Shown in pieces: positions 19,004 to 28,997 of a stretch of DNA of 64,000 nt. A program made the position numbers and the translations under genes. Position 1 is the stretch's first letter. The number at the start of each line of letters is the position of its first letter. The notes under the pieces are model-generated. The model searched no databases and was not told the origin of the DNA. It saw only the letters and a program-made list of their open reading frames with translations. The stretch comes from Bacteroidota bacterium. GTDB lineage: Bacteria; Bacteroidota; Bacteroidia; Sphingobacteriales; Sphingobacteriaceae. The stretch covers positions 50,919 through 114,918 of the forward strand of contig JAZKHM010000011.1 in the NCBI GenBank assembly GCA_040385405.1, in the 5' to 3' direction.

Positions 19004-21409
19004 TCAATTCCGCAAAGGCTTCCCTCTTGTTAGTATGGATTGTATCCGCTCAAGCGTTTTCTTTTCTCCGCATAGAGAAAGAAAGACTTCACGCTCCAGG
19101 TCCAGAAGATACTGTTCGGTCACAAGTGTTGGTGATGACAAATCCCCGCCACAAAGAACATAACCTAATTTTTCCGATATCTTCTTATCATGTTCGGAAA
19201 TGAAATTACCGGCGAACATGGAGTTTGCTCCTGCGTAAACTATTCCCATTCCTTGTTTGCCTAGCACCCTGATATCTTTCCGCTGAACTGGCTTAGTATA
19301 TCCTGCCTCGGCAATTTCTATCGCTTTTTCTTTGGCGTCAGCGATCAGGCGGCTGCGGTTCATCGTGATGCTGTATTTATCTTTCTGAAGATATCCCAGC
19401 TCGTAAGCTTCCTCGCCCGAGGTTGAGACTTTAGCCATACCAATAGTTAAAAAGCGGTCTCTCAAGGCCATTTGTTCAATCTGTCCGTCTTTAAACTCAT
19501 CAGAAATGCGTAATGCAAATTCCTTTGTGCCCCCCCCGCCGGGAATTAATCCAACTCCAAATTCCACAAGGCCCATATAGGTTTCAGCGTTCGTCTGAAC
19601 ATGATCCGCATGCAGGCAAAGTTCACAGCCACCTCCTAAGGTGAGATTGTGAGCCGCAGCAACTACTGGTATTGACGAATATCTCACCCGCATCATTGCG
19701 TTCTGGAACATCCGGATAGCGATGTTTATTTCATCCCAATCCTGTTCAACAGCTGCCATGAATATCATCCCAATATTGGCTCCGGCTGAAAAATTAGCGC
19801 CATCATTTCCGATAACGAGGCCGCGGTAATCTTTTTCGGCAAGATCAATTGCTTTATTGATTCCCTGAAGTACCTCACCACCGATTGTGTTCATTTTCGT
19901 GTGGATCTCAAGATTGAGAATGCCATCTCCAAGATCAATGATACTGGTACCTGAGTTTTTCCAAATGGTTTTGCTTTCGCGGATATTATCAAGGATTATA
20001 AAATCATCGGTACCCGGGACAGCCTTATACGTTTTAGATGGAATATCATAATACATCTTAGCACCGTTTTCGACCTTATAAAATGAATCGTTTCCGGCGT
20101 CAAGCATTTCCTTTACCCAGGGTGCTGGAAAGTTACCGTACTTCTCCATTCCTTCCAAAGCCTCTTTAACACCTAATGCATCCCAAACCTCGAAGGGTCC
20201 GAGCTCCCAGCCGAATCCGGCACGCATAGCATCATCTATACGATACAGCTCATCAGAAATTTCCGGAATACGATCAGATACATACTCGAACAAACCAAAA
20301 AATGAAGTGCGGAAAAAGTCACCGGCTTTATCTGTGCCTTTTGCGAAAACTTTCATTCGTTCCCGAAGGTTTTCCACCGCTTTGGTTGCATCAAGAGTTG
20401 AAGATTTTATTTTCTGCTGGGGTTTGTATTCAAAAGTCTTCAGATCGAGTGCAAGGATCTCCGACTTTCCATCAGTTCCTTTTACCTTCTTATAAAAGCC
20501 CTGCTGTGTTTTATCTCCTAACCATTTATTCTCCTGCATCTTTTTAACATAGGCAGGCAATTCGAATAAATTATGAGGTTTATCCTCCGGAAGGTTATTA
20601 TACAAACCGCCGGCAACATTGATCATCGTGTCTAAACCTACAACATCAGTAGTACGGAATGTGGCAGATTTCGGACGACCTAAGGCAGGCCCCGTATATT
20701 TATCAACCTCTTCAACCGTCAGGTCCATTTTTTCCACCAGATGCAACAAAGCCATAATGGAGTAAACACCCACACGGTTGGCTATAAAAGCAGGAGTATC
20801 TTTACACAATACTGTGGTCTTTCCAAGGAATTTATCCCCGTAATGCATCAGGAAATCTATAATTTCAGGCTTCGTTTCAGGTCCGGGAATTATTTCAAGC
20901 AGGCGAAGATAACGGGGCGGGTTAAAAAAATGTGTCCCGCAAAAGTGTTCCTTAAAATCCTGCGACCGTCCCTCGGCCATTAAATGAATAGGAATACCAG
21001 ATGTATTTGAGCTGATCAGAGTTCCCGGGGTTCGGAATTTCTCCACCTCATCATAAATGCTTTTCTTAATATCCAGGCGCTCAACTACAACTTCAATAAC
21101 CCAATCGCATCCCGCAATATCTTTCATATTGTCCTGGAAATTCCCAGTAGTGATATTACTCAGCACCTTCTTACTGAATACCGGCGAAGGGTTTGATTTT
21201 ATAGTACTATCGAGAGCGGCATTTACTATTTTATTCCTTAATACTTTATTATCCAAGGTCAAGCCCTTTGCTTCTTCCTCGCTGGTAAGTTCTTTCGGCA
21301 CCATATCAAGCAGCAATACCTCGGCCCCAATATTGGCAAAGTGACAGGCTATCCGTGATCCCATTATCCCAGATCCTAATACAGCTACTTTTCTGATCGT
21401 TCGTTTCAT
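19004..21409 (-). CDS. 3-hydroxyacyl-CoA dehydrogenase / enoyl-CoA hydratase fusion (FadN-like)
   Basis: VLGSGIMG, EVVVE, SNTSG, HFFNPPRY, then crotonase domain FSAGAN...LGGGCE. Start placed at MKRTI. Confidence 0.93.
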   Translation of the reverse strand: MKRTIRKVAVLGSGIMGSRIACHFANIGAEVLLLDMVPKELTSEEEAKGLTLDNKVLRNKIVNAALDSTIKSNPSPVFSKKVLSNITTGNFQDNMKDIAGCDWVIEVVVERLDIKKSIYDEVEKFRTPGTLISSNTSGIPIHLMAEGRSQDFKEHFCGTHFFNPPRYLRLLEIIPGPETKPEIIDFLMHYGDKFLGKTTVLCKDTPAFIANRVGVYSIMALLHLVEKMDLTVEEVDKYTGPALGRPKSATFRTTDVVGLDTMINVAGGLYNNLPEDKPHNLFELPAYVKKMQENKWLGDKTQQGFYKKVKGTDGKSEILALDLKTFEYKPQQKIKSSTLDATKAVENLRERMKVFAKGTDKAGDFFRTSFFGLFEYVSDRIPEISDELYRIDDAMRAGFGWELGPFEVWDALGVKEALEGMEKYGNFPAPWVKEMLDAGNDSFYKVENGAKMYYDIPSKTYKAVPGTDDFIILDNIRESKTIWKNSGTSIIDLGDGILNLEIHTKMNTIGGEVLQGINKAIDLAEKDYRGLVIGNDGANFSAGANIGMIFMAAVEQDWDEINIAIRMFQNAMMRVRYSSIPVVAAAHNLTLGGGCELCLHADHVQTNAETYMGLVEFGVGLIPGGGGTKEFALRISDEFKDGQIEQMALRDRFLTIGMAKVSTSGEEAYELGYLQKDKYSITMNRSRLIADAKEKAIEIAEAGYTKPVQRKDIRVLGKQGMGIVYAGANSMFAGNFISEHDKKISEKLGYVLCGGDLSSPTLVTEQYLLDLEREVFLSLCGEKKTLERIQSILTRGKPLRN

Positions 21410-21423
21410 TGTAATAAATTTCA

Positions 21424-21461
21424 AGTAGTTACTATTCGCCGGACGGCAAATAGCAACTACT
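21424..21461 (-). other. Intercistronic 17-bp hairpin overlapping the MarR stop
   Basis: Minus strand AGTAGTTGCTATTTGCC-GTCC-GGCGAATAGTAACTACT; both mismatches are G.U pairs on the mRNA strand; no U-tract. Confidence 0.7.
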
Positions 21462-21888
21462 GAGGTTTATAATCAAAGGTTAGTTGATTTATTTTATTAA
21501 GGCTCTTTATTAGCTGCAAGCGCTCTTTATCAGAAATATGAGCATTTAAATACTCGTTAAATTTCCTGACAACGTCTTTAGCTACCTGGCGTTTCTCGAC
21601 ACCGAAGGGTGTCAAAAATATCTTTACTGATCTTTTATCTGCCGGGTCTGTTTCCCGGTAAATGAGTCCCAGTTCCTGCATATTATTCAGCATCCTGGAA
21701 AGGCTTGTCGATTTCACTCCAGACAATGAAGCGATTTGCGATACTGCAGTGCCTTCTTCGTGAATATTGATGAGCATATAACCCAGGGCCTGAGTAATAC
21801 CATGTTCCGCAGCAATTTGGTTATACTTATTAGCAACAGTCTGCCAAACAATCTTCAAAAAGTAATCTACGGTCTCTTCTGGTTTCAT
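21457..21888 (-). CDS. MarR-family transcriptional regulator
   Basis: TSLSRMLNNMQELGLIYRETDPADKRSVKIFLTPFG winged-helix signature. Confidence 0.92.
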   Translation of the reverse strand: MKPEETVDYFLKIVWQTVANKYNQIAAEHGITQALGYMLINIHEEGTAVSQIASLSGVKSTSLSRMLNNMQELGLIYRETDPADKRSVKIFLTPFGVEKRQVAKDVVRKFNEYLNAHISDKERLQLIKSLNKINQLTFDYKPQ

Positions 21889-21897
21889 TAAATAATA

Positions 21898-21948
21898 CTA
21901 TGCAAGCATAGCAAATTTAATAATAAGTATTTAATATGCAAGCACATT
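21898..21948 (-). promoter_or_regulatory. Two palindromic operator candidates flanking a TAAATTTG -7 promoter element
   Basis: CTATGC-AA-GCATAG (21898-21911), AATATGC-AA-GCACATT (21933-21948); TAAATTTG on the minus strand at 21919-21912. Confidence 0.65.
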
Positions 21949-22005
21949 GTTATTTTTGTTGAAGGTATCTGTACAGTTATTGATTTCTGAACTTAATTCC
22001 GGATT

Positions 22006-22413
22006 TTGAAAAACAAAAAACACTACATATTAATCGCGGGGCTGCTCATAATTGGAGTAATGATTTGGAATGTTATAACGGAACCGGGAATAAAAGACCT
22101 TAGGGGCAATTTTAAGGAAGTTGCTTATGTCAGAAATGAGCAAAATACAGGCCCAGTTATACGTATATACGCTGTTACCGTTGAGGGCGAACCCTGGGAA
22201 GAAATGAAACAATATGGAGATTATATGCCTCACACAAAATACGGAACGACCAGGATTTATTTTTTCCCGGCCAATAAGCCTTACCCCTCTGCACTTAGCT
22301 TAGGTGACAAAAATATCTCTGAAACGCAGGAAAAAAACTGCATGGGCATTTATGAGAAAGATGGGATGGGACAGGTAAATTTCCAGCAATATCCTTTTGC
22401 GAAATTAGAATAG
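22006..22413 (+). CDS. Hypothetical membrane-anchored protein
   Basis: 135 aa ORF with an N-terminal hydrophobic helix; fills the intergenic space. Confidence 0.7.
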   Translation: MKNKKHYILIAGLLIIGVMIWNVITEPGIKDLRGNFKEVAYVRNEQNTGPVIRIYAVTVEGEPWEEMKQYGDYMPHTKYGTTRIYFFPANKPYPSALSLGDKNISETQEKNCMGIYEKDGMGQVNFQQYPFAKLE

Positions 22414-22464
22414 AGCGAACGGAACTTGACCAAAATCGGGGAAGATCTATTATTTAAACAGAAT

Positions 22465-24171
22465 TTACCATCCCAGCTTCGTATCGTCGCCCCGGGGATC
22501 GGCTCCGCCTTCATAATATCCCCATTTAGTTTTCAGAATGGCATCTACCCGTCCGATTGCTCCTCGTTCACGAAATTTATAACCTTTCTGTGAAAGTCTT
22601 ACGACTGTCATGCTGTCCAATCCATTTCTTTCCATCGCAACATCATCAGGAAACCATTGATGATGGAACCTCTTTGCACTCACCGCGGCCTGCATACTTT
22701 TATTAAAGTCAATGACGTTCAAAATAGTCTGAAATACAGAAGTAATAATAGTTGAGCCCCCGGGAGTGCCAACAACCATAAATAATTGACCATCCTTTTC
22801 GAGAATAGTAGGCGTCATGGCGCTTAACATCCTTTTATTGGGCTGCACAGAATTAGCTTCTCCACCCAGCAATCCGTACATGTTTGGTGTTCCTGGCTTT
22901 ACGGAGAAATCATCCATTTCATTATTCAAAAGAAAACCGGCACCTTTTACAAATACTTTTGATCCATAGCTTCCATTGATCGTTGTCGTTATAGAGACTG
23001 CATTTCCAGCTTTATCCACAATTGAAAAGTGTGTTGTTTCTTCACTTTCTTTTGGAACTTCCCCAGCTTTGATATCTGTGCTCAGGCTGGCTTTGTTCCA
23101 GTTAAAATTGCTCATCCGCGCTTTAGAATAGTCGGGAAGGATCAGGTGTTTCTGCGGTACTTTATAAAAATCGGGATCACCCAGATGGGAAGCCCGATCT
23201 GCGTATACCCGTCGTTCTGCCTCGACCATCACCTGAACGGTAGAATCCGAGTTATATCCCCATCGCTTTAGCGGGAAAGGCTCTACAGAATTCAACAATT
23301 GCAATAGCGCAATTCCACCGCTGGAAGGAGGCGGCACTGTTATAACTTTGTATTCCCTGTAATTACCAACAATCGGTTCACGCCATACTGCATGATAATT
23401 TTTAAGGTCATCTTTGCTTATCAAGCCGCCGCCTGACTTCATTTCGGCAACGATATGATCTGCAACTTCGCCGCCGTAAAAGCCCTCACGGCCTTTATCA
23501 CGAATCAGTTCCAAAGTATTCGCAAGATCTTCCTGAATCCAGAGCTCGCCAGAAGCCCAGGAATCCTTAATATAGTATGACTTACCAGGATTATATTTCT
23601 TAAATTCCTTTTGTTCGCCGGCGAACTCACGCGACTGTCTTTCGGTAACCGGAAATCCATTTCTTGCTAAATCCACTGATGGCTGAACCACATCTGCCCA
23701 TGATAATTTCCCATATTTAGCATGAGCCTGTACCATCCCATCAACACTTCCCGGAACCCCGGCAGCAAGATGGCCATAAAGGCTTTTTTCGGTTATTGGA
23801 TTACCCTGAGGATCCAGGTACATATCCCGGCTCGCCATCCCGGGTGCTTTTTCGCGGAAATCCAGTGCGGCTGTTTCACCCTGGGCAGAACGGTAAACCA
23901 TGAAACCACCCCCGCCGATGTTTCCTGCATTTGGGTAAACAACAGCCAATGCAAATTGGACGGCCACGGCAGCATCTACTGCATTTCCCCCCTTTTTCAG
24001 GATGTCAAGGCCCACCTTTGAGGCAGAGGGATGAGCTGTAACAACCATTCCATTTTTATATTCCCCGCTGTTATTTTTCCCTACCTGACCGCCTGCGCAG
24101 GATGAAAGAAGAACTGCTGCTAAGAAGAGACTCTTTAAATTGCCCTTTATTTGAATTTTACTGGTTTGCAT
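22465..24171 (-). CDS. ggt: Gamma-glutamyltransferase
   Basis: GGNAVDAAVA, GIGGGGF-like, DFREKAP, EETTHFS (catalytic Thr), LNNEMDDF, GTPGGSTI, ADPR. Confidence 0.96.
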   Translation of the reverse strand: MQTSKIQIKGNLKSLFLAAVLLSSCAGGQVGKNNSGEYKNGMVVTAHPSASKVGLDILKKGGNAVDAAVAVQFALAVVYPNAGNIGGGGFMVYRSAQGETAALDFREKAPGMASRDMYLDPQGNPITEKSLYGHLAAGVPGSVDGMVQAHAKYGKLSWADVVQPSVDLARNGFPVTERQSREFAGEQKEFKKYNPGKSYYIKDSWASGELWIQEDLANTLELIRDKGREGFYGGEVADHIVAEMKSGGGLISKDDLKNYHAVWREPIVGNYREYKVITVPPPSSGGIALLQLLNSVEPFPLKRWGYNSDSTVQVMVEAERRVYADRASHLGDPDFYKVPQKHLILPDYSKARMSNFNWNKASLSTDIKAGEVPKESEETTHFSIVDKAGNAVSITTTINGSYGSKVFVKGAGFLLNNEMDDFSVKPGTPNMYGLLGGEANSVQPNKRMLSAMTPTILEKDGQLFMVVGTPGGSTIITSVFQTILNVIDFNKSMQAAVSAKRFHHQWFPDDVAMERNGLDSMTVVRLSQKGYKFRERGAIGRVDAILKTKWGYYEGGADPRGDDTKLGW

Positions 24172-25930
24172 TTTTATATAATTGCTCTACTTGGGTTTTA
24201 TATTTTTCTAAAATAGCTTTCCTTCTCAGACTTAATTTCGGTGTTAACTCTCCCCCGTCAATGCTCCAGTCCTGATGAAGCAGTTCGATCTTTTTAATCT
24301 TTTCCCAGTTTCCAAAATCCTTATTGTACTCCTCAACCTCCGACCAGATTTTATCAATGACTCTTTGATCTTTAACCATTTCCTGGTTGGTTGTATACGG
24401 GATCCCCTTCTTCTCACACCATTTTTGAAGAGTAGCAAAAGTTGGCAGTACCAGAGCTGCGGGAAAACGTTGGTTCTCTCCAATAACCATCACCTGCTCG
24501 ATAAAAATAGATTCTTTGAACTTATTTTCCAGCATTTGCGGTGCAATGTATTTGCCGCCAGCAGTTTTAAAGATCTCCTTTTTTCTGTCGGTGATGCGAA
24601 GATATTGCCCGTCAACAATTTCACCTATATCACCTGTGTGGAAAAAGCCGTCTTTATCGATCACCTCAGCACTAAGGTCCGGGCGATTATAATACCCCTT
24701 CATAACATTAGGACCCTTACATAAGATCTCACCATCTTCAGCAATTTTCACTTCAACATCTTTGATTGTCCTGCCTACGGTTGTAAACTTTGCCTCCCCT
24801 TTCCGAAGGCCATTCACGTTTATAACAGGCGATGTTTCTGTGAGACCATACCCCTCAAGCACTGGCATTCCTGCGGCCCAGAAAACCCTGGCCAGGCGCG
24901 GCTGTAAAGCTGCACCGCCGGAAACAATCGCCATAATATTACCACCCAAAGCCTCTCTCCATTTACTAAAGACCAGTTTATTGGCGATCTTTAGTTGAAA
25001 TTCGTACCAGGGGCCGTTTTTACCGTCCATTTCATAATTAAGGCCGAGGTCCAAAGCCCAGAAAAATAATTTGCGTTTTACACCTGTTAACTGCGATCCT
25101 TTTTCTACAATACGATCATAAACCTTCTCGAGAAGCCTTGGAACCGTAGTAAAACCATGCGGCTTAACATCGGCAATATCGGCGGCAATGGTATCCATAC
25201 TCTGCGCATAATAAACCGATATTCCGAGGTAAAAATACATATAGAGCACCATTCTCTCGAAGACGTGTGAAAGTGGCAGAAAGCTAATCGCTTTGGTAAA
25301 CTCTTTAGGATATAATTTTGAAGATTCTTGAACATTGGTTACCAGGTTATTGTGAGTAAGCATCACACCCTTTGGCGTTCCGGTAGTGCCGGATGTATAT
25401 ATAAGCGTAAGAAGGTCGTCAGGCATTATCTTTTCCCGATACTCCTCAAGATTAATGGAATCATGTTCTTTGCCCAGGCTTACTATATCCTTCCAATTCG
25501 ATATACCCTCAATCTGATCAAAACTATATATTTCAAAACTGGCATTATCGCGGGTCCTGACAGTATTCAATTTATCGTAAAGAGCTTTATCAGACACAAA
25601 CACCAGTTTGATATCAGCATCCTTTGCAATGAATTTAATGTCATTTTCTGCGAGGGTGGGATACATCGGAACTTGAGTAGCACCAATCTGCATGATCCCA
25701 AAATCACAGATGTTCCATTCGGGCCGGTTTGGTGACATGATGGCAACTTTGTCATCTTTCTTAATACCCAGGGTGATCAGGCCCTTGCTCACTGAGTTGA
25801 CATCATCCACGAACTGCTGAGTGGAATATTTGACCCACTCACCATTCTTTTTGGATGCAAGCATATCCTCCTTTTTAAACTTTTCTAAAGAAAGATTCAA
25901 GAGATCGAAAACTCGGGTTATTTCTGCCAT
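24158..25930 (-). CDS. Long-chain fatty-acid--CoA ligase
   Basis: YTSGTTGTPKG, EGYGLTETSP, FHTGDIG, ITDRKK. Confidence 0.93.
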   Translation of the reverse strand: MAEITRVFDLLNLSLEKFKKEDMLASKKNGEWVKYSTQQFVDDVNSVSKGLITLGIKKDDKVAIMSPNRPEWNICDFGIMQIGATQVPMYPTLAENDIKFIAKDADIKLVFVSDKALYDKLNTVRTRDNASFEIYSFDQIEGISNWKDIVSLGKEHDSINLEEYREKIMPDDLLTLIYTSGTTGTPKGVMLTHNNLVTNVQESSKLYPKEFTKAISFLPLSHVFERMVLYMYFYLGISVYYAQSMDTIAADIADVKPHGFTTVPRLLEKVYDRIVEKGSQLTGVKRKLFFWALDLGLNYEMDGKNGPWYEFQLKIANKLVFSKWREALGGNIMAIVSGGAALQPRLARVFWAAGMPVLEGYGLTETSPVINVNGLRKGEAKFTTVGRTIKDVEVKIAEDGEILCKGPNVMKGYYNRPDLSAEVIDKDGFFHTGDIGEIVDGQYLRITDRKKEIFKTAGGKYIAPQMLENKFKESIFIEQVMVIGENQRFPAALVLPTFATLQKWCEKKGIPYTTNQEMVKDQRVIDKIWSEVEEYNKDFGNWEKIKKIELLHQDWSIDGGELTPKLSLRRKAILEKYKTQVEQLYKNANQ

Positions 25931-26136
25931 AACTTAATCAGTCTACATAATAAAGGAAATTTAGCAATTTAATTAAAAATAAGTTCCGGGAAACAGAAAT
26001 ATAAAAGCTGAAAGGAACATGTTCACCACATTAAAATTATGGTCTGAATACCTTAATCCCATCGGCAACGTTAATTTACTTATCTGCAAAAATAAACGCC
26101 GAGGAATTAAGCACTGGCACTGTATTTGAAAAGTCG

Positions 26137-26628
26137 GTGCAAATAAATATGAATATGAAAAAGTTACTATTACTCTGCCTGACAGCTGGTCTGTTATTAA
26201 TTGCACAAACAAGTGCAAACGCACAATCCTATGAAAACGCTATTGGGGTTAGAATAGGCCCTTACAATGGGGTGAATTTTAAAACTTTTCTGAACACCAA
26301 TAAAGCGTTGGATCTGAACCTTTCTGTAAGAAGCAACGACAATTTCAAGCGCTTTCTTTTTACAGGCCTATACGAGGTTCACAATCCAATTGGAGGTGCT
26401 CCGGGTCTGCTATGGTATTACGGAGGAGGTGGCAGCATCGGATCCTATAAAGTAAGGGATTTTGAAGGCGACCTCTTCCTGAGTGCCGATGGAGTTCTGG
26501 GTCTGGACTACAAATTCGACGGTGTTCCTTTGAATCTGGCTATAGACTGGCGACCAAGGCTTGAACTAACGCCTGATACCGATTTTGGTACAGGAGACGT
26601 GGGTCTGGCGATAAGATTGACTTTCTAA
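26137..26628 (+). CDS. Outer-membrane beta-barrel-type protein (start probably ATG at 26149 or 26155)
   Basis: Signal peptide, alternating beta-strands, C-terminal Phe. Confidence 0.7.
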   Translation: MQINMNMKKLLLLCLTAGLLLIAQTSANAQSYENAIGVRIGPYNGVNFKTFLNTNKALDLNLSVRSNDNFKRFLFTGLYEVHNPIGGAPGLLWYYGGGGSIGSYKVRDFEGDLFLSADGVLGLDYKFDGVPLNLAIDWRPRLELTPDTDFGTGDVGLAIRLTF

Positions 26629-26632
26629 TTAA

Positions 26633-26669
26633 AAAGGAAACAGCAGCCAAAGAGGCTGCTGTTTCCTTT
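26633..26669. terminator. Bidirectional intrinsic terminator between convergent genes
   Basis: AAAGGAAACAGCAGCC-AAAGA-GGCTGCTGTTTCCTTT perfect 16-bp stem. Confidence 0.88.
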
Positions 26670-26670
26670 A

Positions 26671-28473
26671 TTACAATTTTAACCATCGCTTCCTGACGTT
26701 CATTTGTGATGCCGAAGGAACCTCTATAGAGGAAATACTGTACTTAGCGGATGGATTACGTCCCAAAGGAACTTCTATTATTTTTTCCAGACCATCCCTG
26801 ATTACCGAGACTTTAACCTTATCACCCACACGTTGTCCTGCAATATGTTTAAGCATTTCAACAGATCCCGAAGATGTCTTTTTGATTACATAATTATCAA
26901 TTGACACAATTTCATCATTTACATTTAATCCAGCGTTCCACGCCCCGCTTCCACGTGCAACCTGGCTAATCATCATTTTGCCTTCTCTTAAAGCTGTAGC
27001 TATTCCCATATAAGCCTCGTTGAGCTGCTCCGCATCGTTTTTAATAGAATAGCCAGCATAATTCAGGTACTTATTGTAATCAATAGTTTTCAGACCGTTT
27101 ACATAGTTATCGTAAATCTCATTTAAAGAATGACCAGCAATCTTTTCTGCCATCGCTTTAAATTCCGCATCAGTATAACCGCGTTTTTGCTTCACATAAT
27201 ATTCATCATACATGGCTTTCATCACTTCATCCAGTCCGGCCTTACCATTTGTAGAATGAATGATTTCAAGATCCATAATCAAGGCAAGTACCGATCCTTT
27301 GCTATAATAAGAAACTGTAGAGTTCCGGGAATTCTCGTTTGGACGATATTGCTTGATCCATGCGTCAAAACTTGACTCACTTGCAGACTGTATTTTGTTA
27401 CCTGGCTCATTTTCCAGGGCACTAATAGAAGCGGCAAGGCCTGAAAGATATTTTTCTGGTGTTTGTAACCCAGCTCGCTTGGTAAAGATATCCTGGTAAT
27501 AGGCTGTAAAGCCTTCAGCTATCCAAAGGTTGGTGGTATAATTCTCAGCATCGTAATTAAAAGGACCAAGGGCTATAGGGCGAAGGCGCTTCACATTCCA
27601 CAAGTGGAAATATTCATGTGAAACGAGAGCCAGGAACCTTAATAAGCCAGCCTCTGTACTGTATGCATTTCTTGAAGCGCCCAAAACAGTTGAATTAAGA
27701 TGCTCCAATCCGCCCCCGCCTGAATTGAAATTATGCACTATAAATACATATCTTTTATTGGGGTTAACGCCAAATACCTTTGTCTGTTCATGGACAATTT
27801 TTGCCATATCACGCTTCAGAACTTCTTTATCATAGTTCCCGCCTCCGTACATAGCTACTTCATGAACAACTCCTGCTGCATTAAACTCAAAGATATCCTG
27901 ATTACCTACCTCAATGGGCGAGTCATATAAAATATCGAAATCGGCAGCGAAGTAGGTGTTTACTTTAGATGGCACCTTCTCGAGCCCAGTTGAAATTTTG
28001 GTCCATCCTTTATGCGGAATTATGGTTACAGTTGACGGTAACTGAAGTTTACCTGCAGGATATAAAAACAAACCTGTAGGGGATAAAAAGGCATGAGATT
28101 CGTCGACGAAACTGGTGCGGACTGAAATCTCAAAAGAGTAAACCCTGTAACTGACTTTAATAACACCGTTTTTCGAGGTATTAATGCGCCAGGTGTTTTT
28201 ATCGACTTTACTAAAATTCAAGTTATTACCTGTAGAACCCACTGCTTTAAAGCTCTCCACGTTCTTGGCAAACTCCCGGATAAGGTACGATCCTGGCGTC
28301 CAGACGGGCATTTTCAAATCGATCTGATCAGCTTTAAGTCCGGATATTTCCATTTCGATATCAGCGTAATGGGCTTGAGGCTCAGTGAAGGACACCTTGA
28401 AGGCAATTTTCTCCTGCGCGCTTAAAGAGGTAGTAATAACTGCCATAAAAATTAAAAATGTTAAAGATCTCAT
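26671..28473 (-). CDS. M61 family (glycyl) aminopeptidase with C-terminal PDZ domain
   Basis: PVWTPGSY, GGLEHLNST, SHEYFHLWNVKR, LWIAEGFT, YYSKG, GLNVNDEIVSID. Confidence 0.92.
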   Translation of the reverse strand: MRSLTFLIFMAVITTSLSAQEKIAFKVSFTEPQAHYADIEMEISGLKADQIDLKMPVWTPGSYLIREFAKNVESFKAVGSTGNNLNFSKVDKNTWRINTSKNGVIKVSYRVYSFEISVRTSFVDESHAFLSPTGLFLYPAGKLQLPSTVTIIPHKGWTKISTGLEKVPSKVNTYFAADFDILYDSPIEVGNQDIFEFNAAGVVHEVAMYGGGNYDKEVLKRDMAKIVHEQTKVFGVNPNKRYVFIVHNFNSGGGGLEHLNSTVLGASRNAYSTEAGLLRFLALVSHEYFHLWNVKRLRPIALGPFNYDAENYTTNLWIAEGFTAYYQDIFTKRAGLQTPEKYLSGLAASISALENEPGNKIQSASESSFDAWIKQYRPNENSRNSTVSYYSKGSVLALIMDLEIIHSTNGKAGLDEVMKAMYDEYYVKQKRGYTDAEFKAMAEKIAGHSLNEIYDNYVNGLKTIDYNKYLNYAGYSIKNDAEQLNEAYMGIATALREGKMMISQVARGSGAWNAGLNVNDEIVSIDNYVIKKTSSGSVEMLKHIAGQRVGDKVKVSVIRDGLEKIIEVPLGRNPSAKYSISSIEVPSASQMNVRKRWLKL

Positions 28474-28997
28474 AGTGCAAATTTGTGTCAAAAATAAGTT
28501 AATGCTTCGGAATTATTATAAGCGGTCAAGTTAAGCTGTAAAATAGTTGCTACAACAATATAATTTGAAAGCAGAAAAAATAGCTTTGTGTGAAATTAGG
28601 AAGAACACCTTTCTTTAGAACAAACAATTTAGCTCAGATTAGTTTGGGAAACAGATTTTGATAAGCTTCCTATATTTGCTGCCTTTCCAATATTTAACCG
28701 ATTTTAATTTAAACAGGAAAATCACGTTTTTGATTTGTATAAAGAAAACATCTCTATGCAACTTAAACCTTTGACCGATTTATAGTCTAAATACCGGGAT
28801 ATGACCAGAACAAAAAGACCTGTAGATATTGAGTTTATTTCATTTATCAAGCTGCCCGTCACTTTTCCACAGAAAGAATCCGAGTTGATAGATTACAAAT
28901 CAGCAGATTTTAAGTGAGAATTGACCAAGAAATTCAGAATAATTAATTAGATATTGTGCGTAACCAAACCCTCTCAAATTAAAATTTAACCTGCTAT

